Below are positions 1-11,400 of a stretch of 64,000 nt of DNA, piece after piece. How positions within the stretch are numbered: the first letter of the stretch is position 1; each line of letters starts with the position of its first letter. The stretch spans positions 5,120-69,119 of the forward strand of contig PKTH01000040.1 in the NCBI GenBank assembly GCA_002869265.1, given 5' to 3'. The position numbers and the translations under genes are program-made. The notes beneath the pieces were generated by a model that had not been told where the DNA came from, made no database searches, and was given only the letters and a program-made list of their open reading frames with translations. Origin of the DNA: Candidatus Parcubacteria bacterium (GTDB taxonomy: Bacteria > Patescibacteriota > Patescibacteriia > Patescibacteriales > BM507).

Positions 1-526
1 ATATTTTTTGAAAATTTTTCCAAGTAAAATTCTTTTGCAAAGGCTCTATTCCGTATTTGTTTTTGATAATATCCAACTCGTCCTTAGTAACGATTTTCAT
101 ATAACCAAATTGTCTCATATCGTTAAAATACAAAATCTCCTTTTCACCAAAGTAAAAGATAATATGAGAGAATTTATTTGGCAGACCTTTCTCGAGACCC
201 CCCATTCTATATCTCTTGGACTCTTCTTTCGAGTTAGCATGTCCTCCGGCAACCAAAGAATTATGTCCAACAAAAATAAACTGACCCGTCATTTTCAAAT
301 GGACCAATAAATATTTTTCTTTCTTTCCTTTCCTGAAAGAAAAAATTAAAAGTTTCCCGATCCTGTCTATTTCAAAAAAGGATGCCCCCAAAAGGTCTTT
401 TTTAAAATTAGTATAAGAGCTCTTTACTAACTTGGGCTTCTTAATAACTATTTTGGATATTTTTTTGTTTAAGACTTTTTGTGACAAATCATTTTTGATT
501 GTCTCCACTTCTGGTAATTCTGGCAT
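1..526 (-). CDS. mutM: Formamidopyrimidine-DNA glycosylase (5' part; runs off the window start; not in the ORF track)
   Basis: Manual translation from ATG 526 gives MPELPEVETIKNDL...IDRIGKLLIF...LLVHLKMTGQF...YFNDMRQFG...GIEPL, with the Fpg N-terminal PELPEVE, HLxMTG and DxRxFG motifs. Confidence 0.95.
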   Translation of the reverse strand, partial: MPELPEVETIKNDLSQKVLNKKISKIVIKKPKLVKSSYTNFKKDLLGASFFEIDRIGKLLIFSFRKGKKEKYLLVHLKMTGQFIFVGHNSLVAGGHANSKEESKRYRMGGLEKGLPNKFSHIIFYFGEKEILYFNDMRQFGYMKIVTKDELDIIKNKYGIEPLQKNFTWKNFQKI

Positions 527-527
527 A

Positions 528-1061
528 TCAAAAAATTATTTTCTTTAGCTCTCTTCTTCTTTCTAGGTGATCTGGAATATTTCTAGACACTTGATCCCAG
601 AACCTTCTTGAGTGATTCATCTCTGAAATATGACAAAGCTCATGAGTAATAATATAGTCAGATAGCCTCTGTGGCAGGCTGATTATTCTATAATTAAAAT
701 TTAGATTTCTATCACTCGAGCAAGAGCCCCATCTACTTTTATGATTTTTAATAAAGACTTTATTATAATCAAAATTGTAAACCTTATTTATTTCTTCCAA
801 CCTAGTAGTAATGTATTCTTTTATTTCTTCTCTTTTCCCTCTTGTTAGTTCAAAGGATTCAAGTCGAATAGCTTTGTTCTCATAATAATCAATTGACTTT
901 TTTATCCATGAACTCTTCTCTCTCATAAACTTTTCAATAGTTTTTTGAGACATTGAGAAGGGGGCAGATACCACAACGCTGGCATCGCTGTGGATGCTTA
1001 TTCTCAGTCTTTTTACTTTCTGACTTTTTTTAAGTTTATATTTTATTTTTGAGTTTTCCAT
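528..1061 (-). CDS. M48/YgjP (DUF45)-family zinc metalloprotease-like protein
   Basis: KSRWGSCS, LNFNYRI, YIITHELCH (HExxH) and NHSRRFW motifs. Confidence 0.88.
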   Translation of the reverse strand: MENSKIKYKLKKSQKVKRLRISIHSDASVVVSAPFSMSQKTIEKFMREKSSWIKKSIDYYENKAIRLESFELTRGKREEIKEYITTRLEEINKVYNFDYNKVFIKNHKSRWGSCSSDRNLNFNYRIISLPQRLSDYIITHELCHISEMNHSRRFWDQVSRNIPDHLERRRELKKIIF

Positions 1062-1098
1062 CTATTCTGTATCATTGGAAAAGTTCCACAAATACTGG

Positions 1099-2370
1099 TT
1101 ATTCCAACATCTTGTTATATTCTTCTAGGGTTTCTTCGAACCTTGCTCTATTGTCTTCTTTAATAGGTTCCCCTGGTGGAAGAATTTCGTTATATGGATT
1201 TACTTTTACCCCATTTTTTACCATCTCATAGTGCAAGTGTGGTCCAGTTGAGAATCCAGTTGAACCAACGTAGCCAATTATGTCTCCCTGCTTCACTTTC
1301 TGTCCATAGCTAACTGCAAACCTTGATTGATGAGCATAGTTTGTTTGGTATGTTGAGTTGTGTCTTATCTTTGTTAAGTTACCATAGCCACCAGAATTCC
1401 AGCCTGCAAAGATTACTGTTCCGTCTCCGACTGCACGGATAGGAGTTCCCAGGGGAGTAGCGTAATCGATCGCCCGATGTCCTGTTGAAACATTAAAAGC
1501 GGCCACATATCTAGACCCAGTTGTGAAGCCAGAAGAAACGTAACGGAACTCGACTGGAGCTCTTAGAAACATTTTCTGGACCGAGTTTCCTTCACTGTCA
1601 AAATAACCCATATTGTCTTCTGATTCTTCAAAGTAATACAAATTGTTCTCTTCCCCGGCGTTGATATAGCGACCTGCCAAAATCCTACCAGGCATAACAT
1701 ATTCACCATCTAGATATCTTTCTTCATAAACAAATTTAAATGTATCTCCCACACGTGGATCTAGGGCAAAATCAATTGACCACTGAAAAGCGTTCGCTAA
1801 CTCAATGATTGCTCGTTCGTCTATGTCATTCTCAAGGGCTGCCACATACATAGATGTTTTAACCTCGCCCTCTTTGGTGGTTACTTTTATCTCATAAGGA
1901 ATTTCGATAATTTCAGCAAACCAATAATTTGAAACTTCTTCACTGCTTGTGGCGATTTCTTCATTTTCTTTTTCAAAATATTTTGAATTTCTAACATGAA
2001 TCTTTTCTTCGGTGTCTATCTGATATATGAGTTCTTTAAATTCGTCTGTATCTTTGTCATAAACAAGAGTAAGTTCTCTGCCCAAACGAATTTTCACCAA
2101 GTCATAGACATCTTCCGCTGCCGCATAAATTGACATATAAACAGAGCCACCGATATCCATTTCCTCCATTAAGGAGCCGTAAGTTGAGCCTTCAGTTATT
2201 TCAATTGATTCTATTCTGTCTGTTTTCTCTGGGATAATAATTTCTTCTACTACCTGTTCGTTTTCGCTGGAAATAATCTCATTATCACGATCAAACAAAA
2301 AAGAATAGGCAAAATAGCCTACCTGAACAACTAAAAAAACTATAATTAATTTGTAAAATATTTTCTTCAT
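1099..2370 (-). CDS. M23 family peptidoglycan endopeptidase (MepM-like) with N-terminal membrane anchor
   Basis: HRAIDYA (HxxxD), YAHQS and STGPHLHYE motifs; start moved to ATG 2370 (MKKIFYKLIIVFLVV). Confidence 0.92.
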   Translation of the reverse strand: MKKIFYKLIIVFLVVQVGYFAYSFLFDRDNEIISSENEQVVEEIIIPEKTDRIESIEITEGSTYGSLMEEMDIGGSVYMSIYAAAEDVYDLVKIRLGRELTLVYDKDTDEFKELIYQIDTEEKIHVRNSKYFEKENEEIATSSEEVSNYWFAEIIEIPYEIKVTTKEGEVKTSMYVAALENDIDERAIIELANAFQWSIDFALDPRVGDTFKFVYEERYLDGEYVMPGRILAGRYINAGEENNLYYFEESEDNMGYFDSEGNSVQKMFLRAPVEFRYVSSGFTTGSRYVAAFNVSTGHRAIDYATPLGTPIRAVGDGTVIFAGWNSGGYGNLTKIRHNSTYQTNYAHQSRFAVSYGQKVKQGDIIGYVGSTGFSTGPHLHYEMVKNGVKVNPYNEILPPGEPIKEDNRARFEETLEEYNKMLE

Positions 2371-2465
2371 ATAGACTCTATTATTATAGATTTTAACCTC
2401 AATGTCAAACGACAAAAGAGCTCTTTAATTTAGCTCTAATTTATAAAATACTAATCATTAATGGT

Positions 2466-5400
2466 CTACCCACCAAGGTTTAGCCAACCAAAAGTATCCT
2501 CAAAAGTCTTAATAATAACTTGTAAAACTGATTCTTCCTTTTGTGGTGTTAGTACAGTATATTTTTTGGAATAAGAAACATTCCCAGCCTCATCAATTGA
2601 TTTAGCTTTTATTGTATAGACAGAGCCCACCCTAAAATCTGTAACAACCAAAACATGTTTGTTAGTTAAACCTCCTTCAGCTTTAACAACCTTAACCTTT
2701 GACCCGCTTGCTTCATTTTCTGAAATATCTTTTTGGACACCTTCGGCATAAATAACTTCACTACTAGATATTTCGTCTGTCTTCCAGGTTATAACAACTT
2801 GAATGCCATCTTCCTGTCCTTTAGAAATAAGTGCCATATCTGTTTTTACATATTCAATTATAGGGGCTTGGGTGTCGACCAGAGTCGTAAAGGAAAAAAG
2901 TTCTGATTCAGTAACCTGACCAAACTCATCTGAGCCCCTAATAAGAAAATCGTACTTCACTCCTGGATTGAGGTTCTTTAAAACTACAGAATGTTGGAGT
3001 GTTAGTTCGGAATTAGCTACCGTGTCCGAAACGCTGGTGTCTGAATTGATATACTCGACTTCAGAGGTCGTCCTCTGAGATGTGGTCCAAGAAATTGTTG
3101 CACTTTTGTCTGTAATATTTTCAATAGAATATCCAAGAACGTCTGGGTTAGACAGAGTTGTGAAAGTGTAGTCATCGGAAGAGATAACATCCCCTGCTCT
3201 TGTATAACCCTTAACTCTAAAATGATATGTAGTACCAGGGCTCAAATCTCCGAGACTGGCATGGTGTCCCAAAGTATAATCACTTATATCAATTACCAGG
3301 TCTTTACCGTAGTTTTGGTCAGCGCCGTATTCAAGCAGAGAGGTGGTTTGCGTGTTTGAATACCAATCTATCTCCACTGAATCTGATTTAATATTTAGAA
3401 TTGAAACTTTCGAAATAAACGGAATAATCTCAGTAGTAAAACTAATTGGATCAGAGGCACCAACATTCCCCAAAACATCAGTTGATTTACCGATAAAAGT
3501 ATAATCAGTTCCGGAGTCTAGTCCTGTTACCCGAACTTGATGATCATTAACCAATTCTTCAAAATTACCTACTTGACGAGCACTCTCAACTCCTTCTTCG
3601 GTTTTAAAATATGAAACAACCGAGTTGGCTCTTCTGTCTGTAGCCCAGAGAATTAAAGCACTTTTACTTGTAATTTCATGAACCTCTGGACCATCTCCAG
3701 TAATCAATGGCGGGGCTGTCATTTTAGCAATCGCTTCTTTTATGTCAGATTCATCAGCTTGACCAGTGGTTAAAAGTTCTGCAGCTAGCTCCTGAATCTT
3801 ACTAAGACTTTCCTCTACTTCTTCTGCCTTCTCGGGAGTAATATCATCTTCGGTGCTACCCTCCTCTCTGGTGGTAAAAGAATAGTCAGGAGAGTTGGCA
3901 ACATTTCCACTATCATCAATTGAAACTGCTGAGAAATGATAGGTCGCTAGGGGAACTAAATTCTTCAGTAGAACTGTGTGCGAGGTTGTGTTTTCTAAGA
4001 TGCTTTCCTTGTTGGTTACCGCTCCGCTATATTCGCTAGAAAGACCATAGAAAAGTGTTGAATTGGCGGGTTCGTCTGTGGTCCAAGTTATAAGGGCATA
4101 AAAATCTCCAAGTTCTGCTACCTTTACATCACTTATCACTGGAGCAACTTTGTCAGTTTTATCGATAATAATCATTCCTCCACCAGAAGTTTCTGACTCA
4201 ACTTCTTCTCTAATTTCCTCAATAGTCTCTTCTCTAATTTCCTCCTTTATCTCGACTTCACTCAAAGGTAGCGCAAATTGATTGGTAGTACTTCCAATAT
4301 TTCCAGAAAGATCTTCCGAGCTCACTCTAAAGAAATATAAATTACCAGGAACTAAACCATCAATATTTACTACATGATAAATTGTGTCTTCTTCGTCCAG
4401 CTCAAGCTCTCCATAACTTATCGTTTCTCCCCACTCCATTTTAGTGTTTGAAAGATCTCCGGTGGTTTTCCAGGTAATTGTTGCCGAACTGGTTGCGGTG
4501 GTGTAAGAAAGTGAAGAAATAACCGGGGCGGTTTCATCCTGCTCGGTAGTAAAGGTGAAAGGATCACCACTAAGAGGATATGTCTCTTCGTTGCCTAATT
4601 GATCTTGGATTCTAATCTTGTATCTATACACTTGGTTCTGAATTAAGTTGTCAATTTCCACGTTATGAGTTGCTCTATATTGTTGAGTAGAAGCTTCCTC
4701 CTTTGGTGATGTATCGATATTGGCAAGGTTGTTTTGTGTTACATATAGTATGGTGGCTATACTCGCCTCATTAGTGGTGAAAGAAATAGTGGCTGAGTCT
4801 ATGGTAGAGCTATCACTTGGGCCCACAGTAATTAGAGGAGGATCTGTATCCCCAGATTCTAAGGTACTAAAGGTGGAAAGCACTGAGTCTGGGCTTAAGA
4901 AAAATATACTACTATCTTGAGCGTCAATCGATTTGATTCTGTAATAATATTGTTGATTTTCTTCAAGCCCCTCTAATTTAAAAATATGATTCCGGGAAGG
5001 AGTTGAGGAGGTGGCGACAAAGGCAGAGGCAATGTCCGTGACCGAACTAGTAGCATAATAGATAACGGAGATATGTGGGGTGTTGGCGGTGAAACTAAGA
5101 GTGGCGGAGTCTGTGGTAACGCCCATAAGGTTGTCACTATCCGGAGTACCTGGGTTTGCAAGAGCTTCATTAGTGATGGTTCTAATGGCTGACGCAAAAC
5201 TAAATGTATTCGAAGAGTAAACAATATCAGCATTGTCGTCAGGATTAACCAATCTAATCATTGCATAATTCAAGCCAGTATCAGAGGCATTCAGTCTCGG
5301 GCTTATGTCTAGCTCATAAGTATGATTCTTCGTCGGGACAGCTATTCCCGGAATAGGGAGATCACAATCTCCAATAACAAAATTATTCGAAGGACCATCA

Positions 5401-8400
5401 ACACTAATACTAGAGTTCGCTTGGCAGAGGGTGGAGTATGTCTCAATATTAGATTTCATGGTAACAATTGCCTTGGTATCCGAAACCAATATGGTATCTA
5501 TATTCTCTTCAATGGTAATCGTGTCATAATTAACAACTTCAGCATCAGTTATAAAATTCATAGCTTCAAAAGAATGTATCCCAGAATCCACCTCGTCAGT
5601 AGCAGCAATAATTACCGAATAAGCAGTATCGATGGTAAGGCTCTCTATAAGGAAATAATGAGTTTGCCCAACTGTCCCCTCCACTCTTGTTCCAAAGGCA
5701 CAGGCTACGTTAAAGTCAGTGATGTCAGCTGTATTCGGGTTAAAAGAATCTATTTCTGTGACAGAGTCAAGCGCATAACAAATAGTGGAGCTGGCATTAG
5801 TAGTTATATAGGTGTCGTTATTTGTGGTGAAGGTCACCAGAGCTGAGTCATCGGTTTTGTGAGGAACTTTCATATTCTCTATTGAGACTAGATCTAGATG
5901 AGGGACAACTGAGGCCTCAGTTGAGAATGATCCAAGGCTAGTATAGAGCTGAGTAGTCCCATTGCCAGCATCAGTTACTCGCGCCATCATGTTATAGTTG
6001 GTACTTGGTGTTAAGCTTGAAATTGTATATGAATGAGTTTTTGACGAATCTGTTTTTGTATATTTTTGGTTTGCCAGACAATCAAGATCAAAACTGGTGC
6101 TAGCAATTTCTGTTGGAGCCTCGGAAATACACAAAGTACTTGTCGCCAGAGCATCAGTTATGAAAGTTATGACAGCCGAGTTAGGACTCGTTAAGCTGTC
6201 CGTAAAATTTGTAATCTGAGTAATCGTTGGGACTACTTGTACCGAAGCCATGGCAAATGAGACCTCATTAGAAGTAATGGGGCTTGCGTTGTTGGCTGAA
6301 CCGGCTGCCCTTGCCCTTAAGTAGTATGTAGTACCTGCTAGCAAGTTATCCTTGATGTGATAGGCGTGAAGTTTGGTAGCACTCCCTGCTCCTATTTCCA
6401 TTCGATAAAAACCCTCGGAAGAGCAATTATTGTCTTCAATCTCGGCTACACTAACTGAGCTGGTTGAATAACAAATATATGAAGTAGCATCTACATCGGT
6501 AGAAAAGGTGACAATCGCGTCTGTATCCGATATGCCCTCTGCTACTGGCAGAGAGAGAGAACCAATTGGATCTGGATCAGCTTCTTGCTGCAACTGCACT
6601 TGCTCTAATTGTGACTTAACTACAATGGTGTTATCAACTTCATCAATCGCCAAAGCCTGAAATGAATAAAGACTACCAACAGTAAGGTTGCTAGCTTTAG
6701 AAACATGAATAATAGAGCCTGTTGGGCTATCCACCTTAGTGGAACCGTTGATACAAGATTTGGTATCAGCGTCAATAAGATCTGAAGCTCCTCCTTCCAG
6801 GTAACAAACAAATGATTTAGCTAGAGCGTCTGTTTTAAAATTTACCATCACCTCCGAACCTGACCATTGCCAAAATTGACTATCAAAATCAATAATATTC
6901 TGAAGAGAGGTGTGCGATACTTGCCTCTCAAGGGTTTTAAAATTTCCTTGATATTCATAACTTGTTTCATTATAAAAATCATCTACCTTAATTTTGTATG
7001 AATAGTTTTTTAAATAATTAAACTTGTTAATTAATTTGTAGTAGTGAGTTTTGGTTATTCCCGCTCCCTCGATTACGTTTGGATTAGCCCCTCCGCTACA
7101 CTCCGTATCCCAGTCAAAATCCTCAAAGCCGTCTACACCTTGGTTATTGTTTTCATGAAAACAGAGAGTGGAGCTGGCAAGTGAAGAAAAGGCTGGTTCA
7201 ATATACACAAGTGCATCCGTGTCGGTTATCATGGCTTCAAGCGCTGAGTGGTCAGTAAAGACAATTGGTTCATAGATTGAAGAATCTGTGGTAAATGATT
7301 GAGGAGAAGAGGTGGCGTTAATCAAATTTTTGTTTTCAAAATCTATCACATAATTATAAGTAGTATTTGGTTCCAAGTCTTCAAGGAGAATCCCTGACTC
7401 AATATTGTAATCAAAGGTTTCTCTAATAAGATCTAGACTTGAGGTGCCGTAGCTAATGCTGCCGTGAGTTAAAACATTTGTACGCCAGGAAATATACGCT
7501 TTGTTGTGAGTAGCGTATTCGACAATGGAACCATCAAGTTCTGGGGCTGTTTGGTCATTAGTGGTAGTAAATTCATAATAATTAGTCGCTCCATTAACAT
7601 CGACATTTTTGTCTTCATCTAAAATAGATCCAGCATCAATCGAGCGAACAAAAAATTTGTAAGTTGAAACCCCGAGACCACTTAGCTCAACTGTGTGGTT
7701 GATATATCCATCACCATCTGTATCTTGACTGACCAAGGTGTCAGAGCCAAAAGTATTAGGATTGACCAGGGCATTATCAGCGTCAATGCCGTCATTAATA
7801 AAATCGCTGTACACAACATAAGAGCTCGCTGGAATATCAGTCTCCCATTCAATGATCGCCCGTCCGTTCAGACCAGAGGCCGTAATTGAACCAGGCACAA
7901 TATTGACTCCGTTGGTAGTCGCAAAGCTAAAACCCCCAGGATGATTTGTGTCTGTTTCTTGGGTTGTATTTCCTCCAGTGTTGTTAGTTGATTTTATCCG
8001 GAAATAATATGTCTCCCCAGGAGTTAACCCTTTAATTGTCACTTCATGATAATCAACCATTGTAGCATTGCCAACTGTGATGGCATTGGTAAAATTATTA
8101 GCTAAATATTCTGCCTCATCCACATAATCAACAGCCGAATCTGACAATTGATCAGCAGGACTAGTCCAGGTAATTGTCGCTTCACCAGAAGTAGGGCTGG
8201 CTGAGACATAAGTCAGACTTGGCCCTTCAGAACTAACTCCACCACCACCTTCACCAGGGTCTTGAGTACCATTAGCGATACCACGGAGAATTGAGGAGTC
8301 ATCGTCACCGCGAACAGAATAATATGAACGGTTGCCCACCTGATCAACTGTGACTATCCGATAGAAATATGTTTCTAAGCCAGTATAGATAACATCATTA

Positions 8401-11400
8401 TCACGATAATAATTAGTCCCTCTCTCATCAAGATGAGACAAAGACAAATCTAGATAATTTTCACTTGGATTTAATTGAGCATAGAGCTGAAAATCATTGT
8501 CTGTTGGGTTGGCTCCGGTAGTAACCGCTTTCTCGATTTCATAATATGCAAAACAGCCAACGCCGATACAGCCGTCACTAACCTCGTCCTCCATAGAACT
8601 TCTCTTCCAGGTGATAAATAAGCCTTCTTCATTGGGGGTGGTAAAAGTATTTGTAATATCTTGAATCATTACCCCTGATGGTCTCTCTGGAGTGCTTACA
8701 TATATATCAGCGGAACTTTCATTTGTTACATTACCAACCTCATCCATAAACTGCACATAGACCGAAGCTTGTTTAGTGGTAGTCTCAGGAGCAATAGACA
8801 TTTTAAAACTAACTCCTGTGGCTGTTTTGGTGTTATTGTCAGCGATCCAAGTAGCACTCGAGCCGTTTAGGCCGTCTGAGACTAAAAGACCAGAACCATC
8901 TAGACTTGAAGTGGCTGAGTAGCGATAGTATATATCAGAGTCATCATTAGCTTTAATGGTCACACAAACCTCATTGGCGTTCATTGCCCCTAGGCTAGCA
9001 CAAAGACTCGTACTAGCAGTGCTGGTTGAACCATCAAACTGTCGACCATCAACCTTAATAACATCATAAGTGCCTACACTGGTTTTATTGTTATTGATAT
9101 TTGGTTTTGTTGTGTCGATTATAAAAGGTGATGAGATAGCTCCGTCAATTTTTGTCACCTGTTTAGCTGTTCTTCCGTCATTGGCAACAACACGGAGAAT
9201 CGCGGTGTCATAATAAACCCCAGTCGAAACATCGTTTTTAAAATCCCAAACAGCTGAAAGTGAATCAGTAGTAGTTGTTCCAATCCCTGGTCCATAGTCT
9301 CCTGATAGGTTGGAGCTCGTAGCCATAATCCAGACAGTTGAATTAATTGAGTGAACAGAGGTCAGAGAATTATTTATCTCCCGAGAACATCCTTCCAACA
9401 GGTATCCCGTTCTACCCGAACAGAGAATTTGTTCTTCATCAATTTGAATATATATATCAGAAGTTTTTAGGGGGTTAGCATTATTGTCGTTAGCATTTGT
9501 ATTAGTCAAAAGAAAAGAGTCTGTTCCATAGCCTAGCTCAGCGCTCAAACGTAAACCAAGGTCTATACCATAATATATGGTCGCTGAGGAATCATCATCA
9601 TCAGACAAACCAAAACCATGAGTCCCTCCTTCATAGCTACCTATCATAAGTTTTCCGAAGTCAGAATCTTCCAGGTCATAATTCTGCCCTACGTCAAGAT
9701 CAGATCCTCCAGAAATTACTGGTCGTTTATTTACCTCATAGGTAATACCAACTTCTGAAACGTCAGCCATGTATCCAAGAGTTGAAACTATTTTTATCTT
9801 GTACTGCATGAAATAATCACCAGATCCGTCAAAAGCGAGACCAGCATTATCAACCGTGCAAAAAACCTTTGTCGCTGCCGGCGGACCGACAACGGTGCTA
9901 GTAGCACAACGAGGATGTACGTCTGTAAAAGGAGCATCAACCCATGGAGCATTCGGCCCCATCCATTCTGTGGCGTTAGCCACATCCGGAACATCGTCTG
10001 TTAGGTCTGTTGGACTAGTGTCCCCTGGCAAAATTGGCGCTGTTCGCACATACATCTCAACACTAGAACCTGGGGGCATTGTCTCTGTTTGGTGCCAATA
10101 GAAAGAATTAAAAACATTACCCTCATCACCAGAGTTATACCAAGAGGAGATAAGAGAGCCCTCCGCTCCTCCCTGTTCAGGGTCGCCAACTCGCTCAAAA
10201 CCAATTTCTACACTATCAACAGAAGGAGTGCTTGTTCTATCGCTAGAAGAAAATATTTTTACTTGATACTGGACTCTTTGCTGTTCATCAATTACACAAT
10301 TATTAGATGAAATATCTTCACCACTTGTAATCGGGTCACAATCAGCCCAGTCAGGCAAGATAAAGCCATTCGGTCCATCAATCGGATTATCACTTCCGTC
10401 GGTGAGATTAAAGGTTCGAACACGAACTTCAACGTTCTCACCGTTAACTAAAGGCGAGATATCATAAGTGGTAGTAGTATATCCAATATTTCCAGCAGCT
10501 AGGAATGGTTTAGATTCGTAAGTAGAGGAAACCGGGAAGCTATGAATAGAAGCCCCAATGTCTATAGCATTCAGGTCTGGTGTCTCAGTGCCATCTGAAG
10601 GAGTATTTAGGGTTGCTTGATACCAGAGGTATTGATCAGTTGAATCACGACAGGTGTCTGTAAGGGTTAATGAGCTGTTTGATGTTTGACTAGAAACAGA
10701 GCAATAAGTACCAGCAGTGAATGTTGGAGCCGAGGCTAAATTATGTGATTTTACTTTAAAACTTAGAGAAGAACTTTGCCCCCCGGTACCATTTGGATAT
10801 AACCCTTCCCAACTAAGACTATTCCAAACATTTTGAAAAGCAATCCCAGCATCCACATAAGAAGTATAAGTAGCTGAATTATAGTCAGGAAATGATTTAT
10901 AATAGATTGTTCCTGCGTCGCTTGAAAATCCTTGGCCCCCAGCAACGGAGACGGCTCCAGAATGTGTATCGCTTGAATACTCAATAGCAATACGACCACC
11001 ACCACCACCAGGTCCGAGATAGTGCCCAGAGGGAGGATTAAAGTTACAAGCCCCGCAATAATCTGCATCACCTCCTTTGGCAGTAATTTGTCCGTTACCT
11101 GAAATATATTTAGCAGTTATCCAGATACTTCCACCAGCCCCAGCACTATACCCGGCTGCAGTTGAGTTAATACCATCTGCGTTTATAGGACCATTTACTG
11201 CTAAAGAATTAATTGCATCCAATCGTATCACCCCACCGCCATTCCCTGCATAATTTGGAGAGGAGATATTCTTGTATATTCCTCCTTGCCCCTCTGTGGT
11301 GGGCTGAATATTAGAGCCAAAAGTAGGTTCAGCAGGTTCATAGACACATCTTTCAGAAAGTGTGGGAGGAGCACCGGCATTTTTCCAACCGCAACCCCCT

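Noticed and set aside
8..310. 100-aa plus-strand ORF
   Set aside because: Antisense shadow of mutM, which the track missed because it runs off the window.
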